From IMG/VR virus record IMGVR_UViG_3300029915_001170, positions 35,641-99,640 of that record: a stretch of 64,000 nucleotides of DNA; one strand, 5' to 3'. The DNA is from a virus. Lineage: Duplodnaviria > Caudoviricetes. Positions 30,755 through 40,931 of this stretch are shown piece after piece. The stretch's first letter is position 1, and each line of letters starts with the position of its first letter. The notes beneath the pieces are model-generated. The model made no database searches, was not told where the DNA came from, and saw nothing but the letters and a program-made list of their open reading frames with translations. The translations under genes were made by a program, and so were the position numbers.

Positions 30755-30916
30755 ATGAACAACCAAGTAGAGGTCTCTCTTGTCTCAATTCGAGAATCCG
30801 TAGGAAAGATCGCACAGTTTCCAATAACACACATGCTAACAGAAGTCAAGGAAGCACTCCGCAACATTATTGCGGAGTGCTCAAAGATCGAAGCGGAGTT
30901 AAAGGAGAAGCAATGA
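30755..30916 (+). CDS. small hypothetical protein between Pol halves
   Basis: AGGAG RBS; MNNQVEVSL... Confidence 0.5.
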   Translation: MNNQVEVSLVSIRESVGKIAQFPITHMLTEVKEALRNIIAECSKIEAELKEKQ

Positions 30917-31081
30917 GCGAGCCAATCCATGCTCGCGCTGAATGCGAGCTAATCCCAGAAGGCCCATCATGCACAGAGACAGCCGCAGCGTACTATGTGT
31001 ATATAAGAAACGGCGACTTGATTTTTTCTGTTCGCGTGAGAAAACCTGATCTTCATTATAGTACACCAAAGGTGGAGGAAC

Positions 31082-32590
31082 GTGACAGATAAGGTAACCT
31101 CATCTTATGAGCACGCTCTTCAAGCAGCTTATTACCATGTCGGTAATCGTGGCATCTGCGTCAATGTCCAACGGATCGCCGAAGCTAAAGCCATTGTCAA
31201 AGCAAAGGTTGCACAGCAACTAGCAATCGCCAGCAATCAATGGGGTACAAAGGTTTTTGTCGGCGCGGCGAATGCACCGGACGAAGCTATAAAAGGCTTG
31301 AATGCCAGCGGTGCAATCAACATCAATGCTACTCAAGGAAAGTTCGCACTCCTAACCGGCCTCAAAAACCTCGGCTACGAAGTAGTAAAAATCACAAAGA
31401 AAAACTCGGAGGGAGATTATGAACAAGGATACAGCACAGGAGAGCTTGCGCTTCAGAAGATGCTCTCTAAAAATCAATTTAACTATCCGGGAGGCGATCC
31501 TGCTATTAGAGCAATTCTCAAAATTAGAGAACTCGGAAAGTTGTACTCTTCTTACCTTAGCGCTAGACTCTTGGAAAGATCCGGAGAAGCGTACTTTCTC
31601 TCTAACTACAACGTTGCCGGAACTCTCACTGGTAGACGTTCATCCAGACGCCATACTTTCGGCTTTGGAAATAACGCTCAGAACTTCCCTAAACACAGCG
31701 ACGTAGCAGCAATGTACAGGCGATGCCTTGTCGCACGTCCAGGAAACATCTTTTTAATGGTCGATCAAGTCTCCGCCGAAGACTGGCCAGTATCGGCGCT
31801 CAGCGAGAATTATCAAGCCTTGAAAGAGCTACGCGATGATACAGATGTATATGGCCGCCACACGAGACTCGCCAGTGTTATTTTTGGAATTCCGCTCGCT
31901 GCGAAAACTCCGGGGGAGTGGAAAGATTCAATGGAGAGGTATCTTGGTAAAAAAACTCGTCACGCCAGCAACTACGATATGAAGGCCGGGCGTATGAGCG
32001 ACGCCCTAGCACAAGAAGGCTTTAGCTTTAGCGAGGTCGCTTGTCAAGCATTACTCAAAAAGGTAGCAGAGCATGATCCGTCAGTAGACCTTGTCTTCCA
32101 CAAGTACGTCAAGGACCAGATCTCCAAAACCCACATGCTTGTAACGCCCTTTGGGCGAGAAAGGCAATTCCTCGATGCCAGACCAAACGACTCAAACGCG
32201 ACGGTCTTCAAGGAAGCATACGCTTACATTCCACAATCAGTCGTCGGTGATAATACCGGTTTTGCTCTCCTCAAACTCGAAAGTAACTATGGAATTCAAG
32301 AACGATTTATCGTCCAGGAAGGCCATGATAGCATTGTCCAAGATATTCGAGCAGACGCTGAAACAGTCTATAAATATCTTCTCCGAACCAACGCCGCCTT
32401 TGACAGGACTATTAAGTTTCACAATGGAATCGAAGTCAACATCCCAATCGAAGCGGAACTCGGTTACGACTTCCAAACCACAGTCAAGATCAAAGAAATC
32501 TCCAGAGCAGGAGTAGCACGAGCGATGGAAAAACTTCGAGATATTCTAGCCGCGGCGGAGCCAAAGCAGGTACTTATTCCAGTAGTGTAA
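31082..32590 (+). CDS. family A DNA polymerase, polymerase domain
   Basis: 'TGRRSS', 'NAQNFP', motif A 'DQVSAE', motif B 'RYLGKKTRHASNY', 'TPFGRER', motif C 'HDSI'. Confidence 0.9.
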   Translation: MTDKVTSSYEHALQAAYYHVGNRGICVNVQRIAEAKAIVKAKVAQQLAIASNQWGTKVFVGAANAPDEAIKGLNASGAININATQGKFALLTGLKNLGYEVVKITKKNSEGDYEQGYSTGELALQKMLSKNQFNYPGGDPAIRAILKIRELGKLYSSYLSARLLERSGEAYFLSNYNVAGTLTGRRSSRRHTFGFGNNAQNFPKHSDVAAMYRRCLVARPGNIFLMVDQVSAEDWPVSALSENYQALKELRDDTDVYGRHTRLASVIFGIPLAAKTPGEWKDSMERYLGKKTRHASNYDMKAGRMSDALAQEGFSFSEVACQALLKKVAEHDPSVDLVFHKYVKDQISKTHMLVTPFGRERQFLDARPNDSNATVFKEAYAYIPQSVVGDNTGFALLKLESNYGIQERFIVQEGHDSIVQDIRADAETVYKYLLRTNAAFDRTIKFHNGIEVNIPIEAELGYDFQTTVKIKEISRAGVARAMEKLRDILAAAEPKQVLIPVV

Positions 32591-32602
32591 GAAAGGCATC
32601 TT

Positions 32603-33832
32603 GTGGCTAGGGTTCTGAGAAAAGCATTCCACGAAGCATTTTTCGATTGCGTCTCTCCGCATACGGACACGCCGGATAATTTCATTGTCTGGAGTGCGCT
32701 TTCGCTTATTGGTGCGGCGCTGAAAAACAACGTACATTTCGAGATTGGCACGTACACACTTTATCCGAACATGTTTGTAGTGCTGGTTGCCCCGCCTGGG
32801 GTTGGCAAAGGCACAGCAATGAATATCATCGAGGATATGATCAAGGATGCTCAGCCCGCCGAGGTTGTAAACACCCTCAGTGACCGCATAACCGCTGAGC
32901 GCATTCTCGAACGCATTGCAGATGGCTGGTCAGCGCCACCGACAATTAAAAACATGCAGCTTGTGATCGGCGCAAAGGATCATAACTGCCTGCTTTTCAG
33001 CACCGAGCTGCGAGTATTGCTCGGTGCTTCTGAGTGGATGTTGGAGTTTCTGGAGGAGGCATGGAGCAAGAAAACTTATGATTACCAAACTAAAAACAAA
33101 GGCAGTGTATTTATTGATAACATGTGCTGTAGTCTATTGGCTGCTAGTGTACCTGACTTTTTGCGTAATGTCAATCGTGAAGCGCACATGGTTATTACTG
33201 GCGGTTTCTCTAGCAGATGCATGTTTATCTATGCGGAGAATCCAAGCAAGGATCTTCCATGGCCGGAGCCGCTAAAAAAGAATGCTCGCTCGAAAGCTTT
33301 ATACGATCAGCTTATAACCGACCTCAAAACTATTGCCTCGCTGAATGGTGAGTTCAAAGTTGATACTGCGGCACGTCTGATGTTTGAAAGCTTCCTAAAG
33401 CAGAACCGCGCTGCCGCATCTCAAGATGATTCTGAGGCCGTAGCAAACTTTCGTGCTAGGATGAAAGCACACGTCTTAAAGCTTGCCATGATTTTCTCCG
33501 CTTCTCGCGGCGATACCCTGCTGATTGAGGCTTTTGATATGGCCAATGCTATAGCAGAAGTCGGTAAAATCATAGCTTCTCTCCGAAAGCTTTTTCGTGG
33601 TGCTGGAGAAAGCATGGATGCAGCAGCCACTGCACGTGTACAAGACTTTATCGAAAAGTATGGCCGTGCATCCAAACGTGAAATGCTTCGAGCATTGCAT
33701 CGCCACATGACCAGCGAGACGCTTGATCGTATCCTATTCATTCTCGAAACAATGGGTTTCATAACACAAACAACCCAGAACAAGCAAACGTACTATTCAC
33801 CAGCAGCAAAAAACGGAAAGGTAGGACCGTAG
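32603..33832 (+). CDS. DUF3987-like P-loop helicase
   Basis: 'YPNMFVVLVAPPGVGKGTA', 'GGFSSRC', C-terminal winged-helix-like region. Confidence 0.7.
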   Translation: MARVLRKAFHEAFFDCVSPHTDTPDNFIVWSALSLIGAALKNNVHFEIGTYTLYPNMFVVLVAPPGVGKGTAMNIIEDMIKDAQPAEVVNTLSDRITAERILERIADGWSAPPTIKNMQLVIGAKDHNCLLFSTELRVLLGASEWMLEFLEEAWSKKTYDYQTKNKGSVFIDNMCCSLLAASVPDFLRNVNREAHMVITGGFSSRCMFIYAENPSKDLPWPEPLKKNARSKALYDQLITDLKTIASLNGEFKVDTAARLMFESFLKQNRAAASQDDSEAVANFRARMKAHVLKLAMIFSASRGDTLLIEAFDMANAIAEVGKIIASLRKLFRGAGESMDAAATARVQDFIEKYGRASKREMLRALHRHMTSETLDRILFILETMGFITQTTQNKQTYYSPAAKNGKVGP

Positions 33833-34489
33833 ATGCCCTTTGAAGGCGAAGCAGAACTTCTGAAAAAGATTGACGATGCAGGTGAGATTAGCGTAAAGGA
33901 TCTTGTGCTTGACGGATCAAACAAGGTTTCTTTTCCTGGATTTCCTTACACCTTTGAGGGTTTAGGAGAGCGGATTATTGTCAGTATTGACCTCGCTGTC
34001 ACAGGTTATGAATGCAAGACTTGCAAAGGTCGAAAGCGTATCAAGCACCAGTGTGAGTGTGTAACTTGCGGTAGATCAGGACGCAAGTACTCTCTAGAAG
34101 AGATCGCTCAAATTTCAAACACACTTGGATCAGCAGCATCAGAAGCAAGGAAAGACATTCCCTGTTCTGAATGCGGCGGCGACTACAAGTCAGTCGAGAA
34201 GGATGAGCTTTGTCCAGACTGCAAAGGCGTTGGTGCCACAATCATTATTCCAAAAACCTCCAAGAACCTCCCGCAAACAGGTGTGGTAGTCTCTATGGGT
34301 GCCGAGGCCAAAGCTAAAGCTGCTTTCAAAGTCGGCGATCGTATCCTTTTTGGCCAGTATGCTGGCGGCATGATTCCTACAAAAGCTGGCCTCATGTTTA
34401 AATACATGGACTGGCAGAATGCTTTGGTAAAGATCGAAGGCGCCGAGGAGCTTGCAGCTTTTGACTTCATTCTCAATGCTACCGAATAG
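33833..34489 (+). CDS. GroES-like co-chaperonin with inserted DnaJ-type zinc finger
   Basis: 'LGERIIV', 'IIIPKTSKNLPQTGVVVSMG', 'KVGDRILFGQYAG' plus four CxxC units. Confidence 0.75.
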   Translation: MPFEGEAELLKKIDDAGEISVKDLVLDGSNKVSFPGFPYTFEGLGERIIVSIDLAVTGYECKTCKGRKRIKHQCECVTCGRSGRKYSLEEIAQISNTLGSAASEARKDIPCSECGGDYKSVEKDELCPDCKGVGATIIIPKTSKNLPQTGVVVSMGAEAKAKAAFKVGDRILFGQYAGGMIPTKAGLMFKYMDWQNALVKIEGAEELAAFDFILNATE

Positions 34490-34553
34490 CAGAAAGGAGG
34501 TGCCATATTCCACCGATTGATCCTGGATTTTACATCAACGTTCCTGTAAAGCT

Positions 34554-34589
34554 AGAAAGCCCTCCTCGGAAGATTGAGGAGGGCTTTCT
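34554..34589. terminator. bidirectional terminator between convergent operons
   Basis: agaaagccctcctc/gaggagggctttct 14-bp stem. Confidence 0.75.
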
Positions 34590-34630
34590 CTTGCCGGTTC
34601 TTCTCAGGCACCGCAGTGCACACAACTACG

Positions 34631-34951
34631 TTACTTCTTGGGATGTTCCGCATCCGCCATTGCCCGGGCCGATCTGGCGGCCTGCTGTGCGTCCTGCACC
34701 GCCTGCTGCGCCTGCTGCCGCACTTGGTCGAGCGATGGCCCGAGCGCCGCCTTCTGCGCCAACTGAATCTGGATTTGCAATTCCGTATTGGCCTGCTTTA
34801 GCTGAACGATCTCCAGCCGAGCCTCTGCAAGTTGTGCCTGTAGCTCGACCATTGTGATAGGTTGAGGGGCTTGGGGTTTTGGCGCGGGGGACTGCGCAAA
34901 CAAAGGAAGTCCCGCCAAGATAAGTGCGCAAACATATGCAATCTTGTTCAT
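34631..34951 (-). CDS. signal-peptide coiled-coil protein
   Basis: MNKIAYVCALILAGLPLFAQ; GAGGA RBS. Confidence 0.65.
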   Translation of the reverse strand: MNKIAYVCALILAGLPLFAQSPAPKPQAPQPITMVELQAQLAEARLEIVQLKQANTELQIQIQLAQKAALGPSLDQVRQQAQQAVQDAQQAARSARAMADAEHPKK

Positions 34952-34961
34952 GGTGATCCTC

Positions 34962-37900
34962 TCAATAATACGGGATGTAATGCGGAGTGCCCGCAACGTT
35001 GATGGTAAGGCATCCGGCGGAACTGGTTAGACTACCGCAACTGGACGAAGCTGTGGTGCTATTTCCAAAACCCACCTGACTAGCGGAAACTGTTGGCGTA
35101 GCTCCGATTAAAACCGTGTTTGGCATCTGCACCTGCCACGACGCCGCCCCGCCAATCTTACTGATGTAGAAGACGCTTGTAGGCGTTGTGCCAGAACTCA
35201 GACTTTCACCAACGCTCCAAGCATCCGATACTGCCGAGCTACCATTCCAATAGCTCCCATAATAATTGGTTGACACGCTGTTGTAATTTCCAGATGACGA
35301 GGTAGCGGTGCCCAACGAAAACCATTCTACACTTGACGCTAATATCTGCGCTATGTTCTTTCCGGCGATCTGAACGTAGTAGGACCCGGAGCTTGCATTG
35401 AAAACGGTGTAACTGCCAGACTGAGTGATCCCGAACGTAGTTCCGCTCCCATTATTAAGCGTCAACTGCGGGCCTGTAGAGTTACTTATTGTTTGATTAG
35501 CCGTGAAGGTGTTGGCTGATCCCGTTCCAACTAGCCCGAGAGAGGCAAGAGACTTAGGACCGTATGAACCCCCGCTCAAGCCTGTGCCAATCAAGTAGTT
35601 GGCAGGTTGTGCGTTTCCGGAAGGTAGGAGTAGGGCCGAACCGACACCATAAAGTCCTCCACTCGTACTTGTAAGCGACTCAGACCCCCCGTAAATCCAA
35701 CTGAATGGATTAGACCCGGAGCCAAGGAAAACGGTAGCCCCGCTCGACGGAGAAAAATAGTAGTAGCTCCCGCTTGGGAAAAAGGATAATGGAGAACCAG
35801 TTGTATTCTGTAAATTTCCGAGATTCAAGGTCGCAAGGTTGGCTTGAGGAGCGTTGATGATCCCCATCCCCATGCTAATGTTACCGCTGAACCATCCTAT
35901 CTGCGCGTTGACCAGGGCGACCGGATTACCAGCACTTCCGTATTGTGACTGAGTCGTGGAGGTTGGCAAGGTGCTGGGAAGCCGCGCGGAGCCATCTGGC
36001 AAGCCTGTGAATGCGGGTGCCTGGGCGGAAGAGGGGTTATAGTTCGCGGTGACATAAGTTGCTACGGCGGTTGCTATGTATTGTCCTCCGCACCAACCAT
36101 TGGGATTGTTGGCGTTTCCTCCGGTAAGGGATGCTATGCAAGGGGTAGCCATGTGCAGGTGATCCACATTGTAAGCCGGTACGCCTGCACTGTGGGCTTC
36201 GTTGTTGCCTATGCCTAATCGGTTGACAGTATAGGTGATCGTACCTGGGCAGCTTCCGCTTGCGGCTGTGATGAATGCCAACTCCTGATTGGCTCCAGTA
36301 TCAAAAACAAGCATATCTTCATTTAGAGGAATGGAACCACCTACACAAGTCATCTGTATAGATGTGTCAGTCGCGCCAATCGCATTGGTTAGTGTCCCGT
36401 AGCCGTACACAGCGCGAAGAGAAGATGGCTCAACGAGATGAATTGTGGCGTCTTCGATGTCTACCGCCGACGTTGGGTCGTAAGCGGCCAACATCGGAGT
36501 ATTCACGTTGATAAAGTGCGATCCAAAAGTGCTTTGCTCCCAAGCATTGAGCTGCTGATTAATCGTCCAAAACTGGCCGCCAGACCAATTAACTGCGGAG
36601 TTTCCGTTGTCGTATGTGTTCGACCAGACTGCATAAAGCTCCCACGGTGGCACATTCGCTACTGATGCCAGAAGATTCTGGTAGACGTACTGCGGTGCTT
36701 GTTGCGAGACGTTGTGCCCCATGCCGAAGATCTGAGCGACGGCGTTGCGACTCGGTTGGTCCGGTATGAACTGCGCTCCATAAATATTATTCACTGAGAC
36801 AGGTGATCCCGTACCGTCCGGTACCCAAGCGCAGCAGCCTGAGCTATACGTTGCCTTCCCTGGAACTCCACCCCATGTGCCATGAAGATATTGACCCGTA
36901 GTGCTAGCATTCACTGGCTCCCAGCCAACTGTGAATGTCATGGTAGCTGTGCCGGTAATGGGAATCGTTCCCGTAGAGGATATTGCATAGGTGGGGACCG
37001 CGCCGATGCGTGCCGCGATCTGGCCTGGAGACTGGCCGGAATCCCCCAAATTGGTTACGGTGAGACCTGATGGCAATGGAGCGTATGCATTGCCTAAGAG
37101 TGGGCCATAGGTTGTTTGTGTCAGCGAGTCGCCGATGATGGCTACGGTTGCCAAAGCAGAGGGGGTAGCGCCAGCCGCGACGTTGCCTGAGAACATCGCA
37201 TTTCCTGAATCGTCAATCTTCCACATATAAGCACTGTTGCTGCTGTTCGCTCCATATACTTCTGCTCGCGTGTCATTGGCGGCAGGAACAATAGCGATAG
37301 CAGTCTGTGTGAGGCTAGGATACAAAGTAAGTGCATTAGCCTGTAAAGTATAGAAATTAAACGCATCGCTCGAATAATTCTGAATATAATCTGCCCCGAG
37401 CGTATCTATGCTTGTTCCATTTAATAGTCCTTGTACCCAGTTCACGTTTACTCTTCCGGAAACCGAACTTGACGGCACATACCAGGAATATGCCGAATCG
37501 TAAATATTGAAATTGAACGTGTTGGCATCAATATTCGCAGTAGCGGTCGTAGTTGTTGTGGCAGATATTCCAATAGATGAAGGGGTTCCATTTCCTTCAA
37601 AAAACCCCTCAAATGTATTCGCCTCGATTTGTTTTCCTGCATTTAAAAGAGTGATCCCAGTGGCGGGAATTGAGGTAGATACGGCAAGAAAAGTCAGGCC
37701 CTTAAACTCATTTGCGTTAATCCAACCACCATTCGAGGTTGAAAGAACCAATGGCCGCAAAACGCCGTTAGTGTACATTCCATTGACATGGGTATACGCC
37801 GCGCCATAGTTCAAAGTTGGGCAGTTAATAAGTAGTCCTATTCCTGGCGCTGAAGTTGCTCCATCAATAGATAAATTATCAATTTCAGGCCCTATAATTG

Positions 37901-38561
37901 GCCCCCCGGTGGTGCAGGTAAAACTTACCGCACTTCCAGAATACGTGATTGGATAATTCCCCAGCCCAACATGAAGTCCTTTGAGAATACTCCCTCCCAC
38001 TACATGCACCACGTCTGATGACACTGCTGCGGGAATAATTGTCGTTGCATCCGAGAAATCAAGCTCTTGGCCAGCAGTTAGGGAAATCGTCCCGGCAAGA
38101 ACCTGCGTAGTAGTTCCAAGGCAACTTGCATCTACCTTACCCAGAGACAATGGGAGTGATGCAAAGGCATTCGCTATTTTCACATCGGCAGTCGAGCCTG
38201 AAAAATAACAGGCTGACACACCGTTATTGACCAAAGGGGATGTAATCGCAGTGCCCGCCGCGAAGGTACCAGGAGCTGTTACAACCTGCGAACTACCACT
38301 GCCTGTTGCGGTCCATCCAGACGGCAATCCTGTAAAACTAGAGCAAGTAATTGCTCCATTAGATGCGGTTGCTAATACAGGACAGTTAGCCGCAATGCCG
38401 GCGCCAGTAAAAAGATTTGCCCAAGCTCCTGCGGCGGTTGCGGAGCCAGTTCCTCCATTTGCGATAGGCAATTGATTTTTAACATCCGATCTTAAATTAA
38501 TTTGCTGAGAATATAAACATGAAGCAAAAAGTAATAATATAAGTGCCGATATTTTTTTCAT
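34962..38561 (-). CDS. tailspike/fibre-like protein with beta-helix-like and SGNH esterase domains
   Basis: 'LPIANGGTG' fibre motif; SGNH blocks 'IIGDSLT', 'LGDSGQ', 'GMGHN', 'DHLH'; C-terminal 'INVAGTPHYIPYY'. Confidence 0.7.
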   Translation of the reverse strand: MKKISALILLLFASCLYSQQINLRSDVKNQLPIANGGTGSATAAGAWANLFTGAGIAANCPVLATASNGAITCSSFTGLPSGWTATGSGSSQVVTAPGTFAAGTAITSPLVNNGVSACYFSGSTADVKIANAFASLPLSLGKVDASCLGTTTQVLAGTISLTAGQELDFSDATTIIPAAVSSDVVHVVGGSILKGLHVGLGNYPITYSGSAVSFTCTTGGPIIGPEIDNLSIDGATSAPGIGLLINCPTLNYGAAYTHVNGMYTNGVLRPLVLSTSNGGWINANEFKGLTFLAVSTSIPATGITLLNAGKQIEANTFEGFFEGNGTPSSIGISATTTTTATANIDANTFNFNIYDSAYSWYVPSSSVSGRVNVNWVQGLLNGTSIDTLGADYIQNYSSDAFNFYTLQANALTLYPSLTQTAIAIVPAANDTRAEVYGANSSNSAYMWKIDDSGNAMFSGNVAAGATPSALATVAIIGDSLTQTTYGPLLGNAYAPLPSGLTVTNLGDSGQSPGQIAARIGAVPTYAISSTGTIPITGTATMTFTVGWEPVNASTTGQYLHGTWGGVPGKATYSSGCCAWVPDGTGSPVSVNNIYGAQFIPDQPSRNAVAQIFGMGHNVSQQAPQYVYQNLLASVANVPPWELYAVWSNTYDNGNSAVNWSGGQFWTINQQLNAWEQSTFGSHFINVNTPMLAAYDPTSAVDIEDATIHLVEPSSLRAVYGYGTLTNAIGATDTSIQMTCVGGSIPLNEDMLVFDTGANQELAFITAASGSCPGTITYTVNRLGIGNNEAHSAGVPAYNVDHLHMATPCIASLTGGNANNPNGWCGGQYIATAVATYVTANYNPSSAQAPAFTGLPDGSARLPSTLPTSTTQSQYGSAGNPVALVNAQIGWFSGNISMGMGIINAPQANLATLNLGNLQNTTGSPLSFFPSGSYYYFSPSSGATVFLGSGSNPFSWIYGGSESLTSTSGGLYGVGSALLLPSGNAQPANYLIGTGLSGGSYGPKSLASLGLVGTGSANTFTANQTISNSTGPQLTLNNGSGTTFGITQSGSYTVFNASSGSYYVQIAGKNIAQILASSVEWFSLGTATSSSGNYNSVSTNYYGSYWNGSSAVSDAWSVGESLSSGTTPTSVFYISKIGGAASWQVQMPNTVLIGATPTVSASQVGFGNSTTASSSCGSLTSSAGCLTINVAGTPHYIPYY

Positions 38562-38567
38562 AATCTC

Positions 38568-38900
38568 CTAGATGAAAACAATAGCATTGCCGGTAACCGA
38601 AGCATCGGAAGCAACAAGATTTAAATTGGTAGAATCATAAGATGGAATTTGGAACCAAATTTGACCGCCACTGGTCATTTGAATAAGAGCCGCAGAAGGA
38701 TTCCCTCCTAAATTATGTGCAACTGAAAAATTGCCGCTTGCTCCTGGAGAGAGGGTAATATTTGTTTTAATTTTACCGGACATATAATATGCTAATTGCA
38801 CGCTGGAAGCAGTTTGGGTTGCGCCTGCTTCAACTAACGGATAAATAGCTGAATCCGATACTGCCGCCGCTGTAGGAAGTTGTGAAATTTTAATCGACAT
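38568..38900 (-). CDS. putative tail fibre-associated protein
   Basis: 'IKISQLPTA...YPLV..G.T' N-terminal motif. Confidence 0.55.
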   Translation of the reverse strand: MSIKISQLPTAAAVSDSAIYPLVEAGATQTASSVQLAYYMSGKIKTNITLSPGASGNFSVAHNLGGNPSAALIQMTSGGQIWFQIPSYDSTNLNLVASDASVTGNAIVFI

Positions 38901-38912
38901 GTTATCCTCTAA

Positions 38913-39464
38913 TTATGTTGTCCAAGGGTGACCTTTAACTGGACTTGTAGTACCTGCATAAACATTAAGAATTCTGTACGAAGGAGTGCCAACTTTTTGT
39001 CGTTCTGGCGCTGCAATGTACATAAGTTTTAATAATCGTCGTTGATTTTTGGGCATTGCATTAAGAATAGCGTTCCAATTAGACCCAATTGAAAAATAAC
39101 TATCCATTTCAAAAGTAGGATTGGAAATACTGCCGGTTATTACAGTTAAATTACCATCGGTACTCATATTTATGTTATTTTCAGTAGTGAGAGCGTCACT
39201 CGCCTCATCTTCTAATGTTCCGGAAGAAGTATCATATGAACCAGATTGAATGCCGGCATTTGCAAGGGGTGTATCTTTAGTATCCGTTTCATAAATATTA
39301 AAAGATCCCGGTATGGAAACAATTATATTAATTTTAGATGATGAGACGTTAGCCGTAACCCCATAGATATTTGCAGAATTTATAGAATTGACGAACGCAG
39401 ATGCATTTGTACCCAAGATTTTTATTTGAGCGCCTAACGTCGCATTGTCATAAGTATTATTCAT
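38913..39464 (-). CDS. putative virion protein
   Basis: CTAAATA late-promoter motif upstream; C-terminal GHPW. Confidence 0.5.
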   Translation of the reverse strand: MNNTYDNATLGAQIKILGTNASAFVNSINSANIYGVTANVSSSKINIIVSIPGSFNIYETDTKDTPLANAGIQSGSYDTSSGTLEDEASDALTTENNINMSTDGNLTVITGSISNPTFEMDSYFSIGSNWNAILNAMPKNQRRLLKLMYIAAPERQKVGTPSYRILNVYAGTTSPVKGHPWTT

Positions 39465-39483
39465 ATCTATATTTAGCCAACCG

Positions 39484-40926
39484 TTAAGGAAGCGGTAATT
39501 TCTTCTTGTTGGGGGTAACCGATATTCTCGCAGCCTGTATCTCTCGAAAATATTGAACTAACGCAGATTGGCTTAATTGGCCTGCTAGATAAGCAGATAC
39601 ATATTGTGCATATTCTCGTTCTTCGGGAGTGGTTGTATATTTTGAAAGCAAAATATATAATTTTTTCAAATATTGATGCTTCATTTTTTCTGGATTGCAA
39701 GCCGCATCAAGAGCTACAATGAAACGAGCAATAGTTGCTTGCAAAACATTAATATCGGCGTGTAACCAATCCCCACCGGGACTGCGAAATTCAACATATC
39801 CGGTTTTCAAATTAATACTGGTATATTTAGGAGTATCGGCGAATATATTACTCACAACTCTTATTGCAAATCCTGACATTTTATCTTTCATATTAGACAA
39901 ATATTGATTAACAAGTGCGGGATCGGTAGCTAATTTTCCGCCGATTAATCCAATAGCGGGTTTGCAGAAAGTATTCGCCCCGCGCCCAAATTGATCGAGA
40001 ATATAATTATCACCCAACATTAGAGCTAACTTAGTATAATCGATTTTTGACTTATTAAAGTCAGGCAAACTTACATTTATATGTAAACCTGTAGAGCTAT
40101 TGGTGTAGCATCCATATTTAGATGCCCACGCAATTATTTTTGCAAGATCAACATTCATTGATAAAAATGACATTGGCGGGGAAATAAATTCTAACCCAGC
40201 ATCGGTTTCATCGTTCGCGGTTTCAATAGAGGAGTCAGGCTCAATAGAATATCCCGAATCACTTCTTCCCGTTCCATGATAGGTATCCGAAGTAAACGCG
40301 ACGTGGGCAACATTTTTTGAAAACAAAGAAGATACTCGATCTAGATCGGGTTCTAGATCACCTTCAGATTCTATATAATACGGCCATACAAGATTATATT
40401 GCTCTTCAACACCACTTAACCATCGTAATCCGACATCCACCAACCAATTGACTTCGTTAATATCTTTGTCGTCTTCCTCGTTAGAGAACCAATCATCTTT
40501 TATTTCGGTATATTCATCGCCGATTTCATCGTATAAATTTTCTTCGACTAGATCTTTTTCGTCACCTTCTAGGTTGGTAGTTGCCATGAATTTTTCAATC
40601 GAATTTTGTTTACCATAATTTTTCCAGTTTTTATCACATTCTTCTTGCCACCATGTATCAAAACTTGATTCTAACTCGGTACGAAGATTACGTATTTCTT
40701 CCCGTGAATTATACATGCCCTCATCAAAAAATTCAACGATTTGGTCGATGCTTGAACATCTTGCGTCCATAATATCATCTCGTTCACTGCTAACCTCGGG
40801 GGCCACCATTATATTCGGAACTGCCATTTCAAATTCAATACCTACTCTGGCATTAATTTTTGAGGCCAACGAAATTAAAATATTTGGGCTAGCTTTATAC
40901 TCGGTTAGTAACTCTTTAATCTTCAT
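39484..40926 (-). CDS. putative amidoligase
   Basis: 'GIEFE', 'EPDSSI', 'GLEFISPP', 'STGLHIN', 'KYTSIN', 'VEFRSPGG'. Confidence 0.85.
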   Translation of the reverse strand: MKIKELLTEYKASPNILISLASKINARVGIEFEMAVPNIMVAPEVSSERDDIMDARCSSIDQIVEFFDEGMYNSREEIRNLRTELESSFDTWWQEECDKNWKNYGKQNSIEKFMATTNLEGDEKDLVEENLYDEIGDEYTEIKDDWFSNEEDDKDINEVNWLVDVGLRWLSGVEEQYNLVWPYYIESEGDLEPDLDRVSSLFSKNVAHVAFTSDTYHGTGRSDSGYSIEPDSSIETANDETDAGLEFISPPMSFLSMNVDLAKIIAWASKYGCYTNSSTGLHINVSLPDFNKSKIDYTKLALMLGDNYILDQFGRGANTFCKPAIGLIGGKLATDPALVNQYLSNMKDKMSGFAIRVVSNIFADTPKYTSINLKTGYVEFRSPGGDWLHADINVLQATIARFIVALDAACNPEKMKHQYLKKLYILLSKYTTTPEEREYAQYVSAYLAGQLSQSALVQYFREIQAARISVTPNKKKLPLP

Positions 40927-40931
40927 AATAG

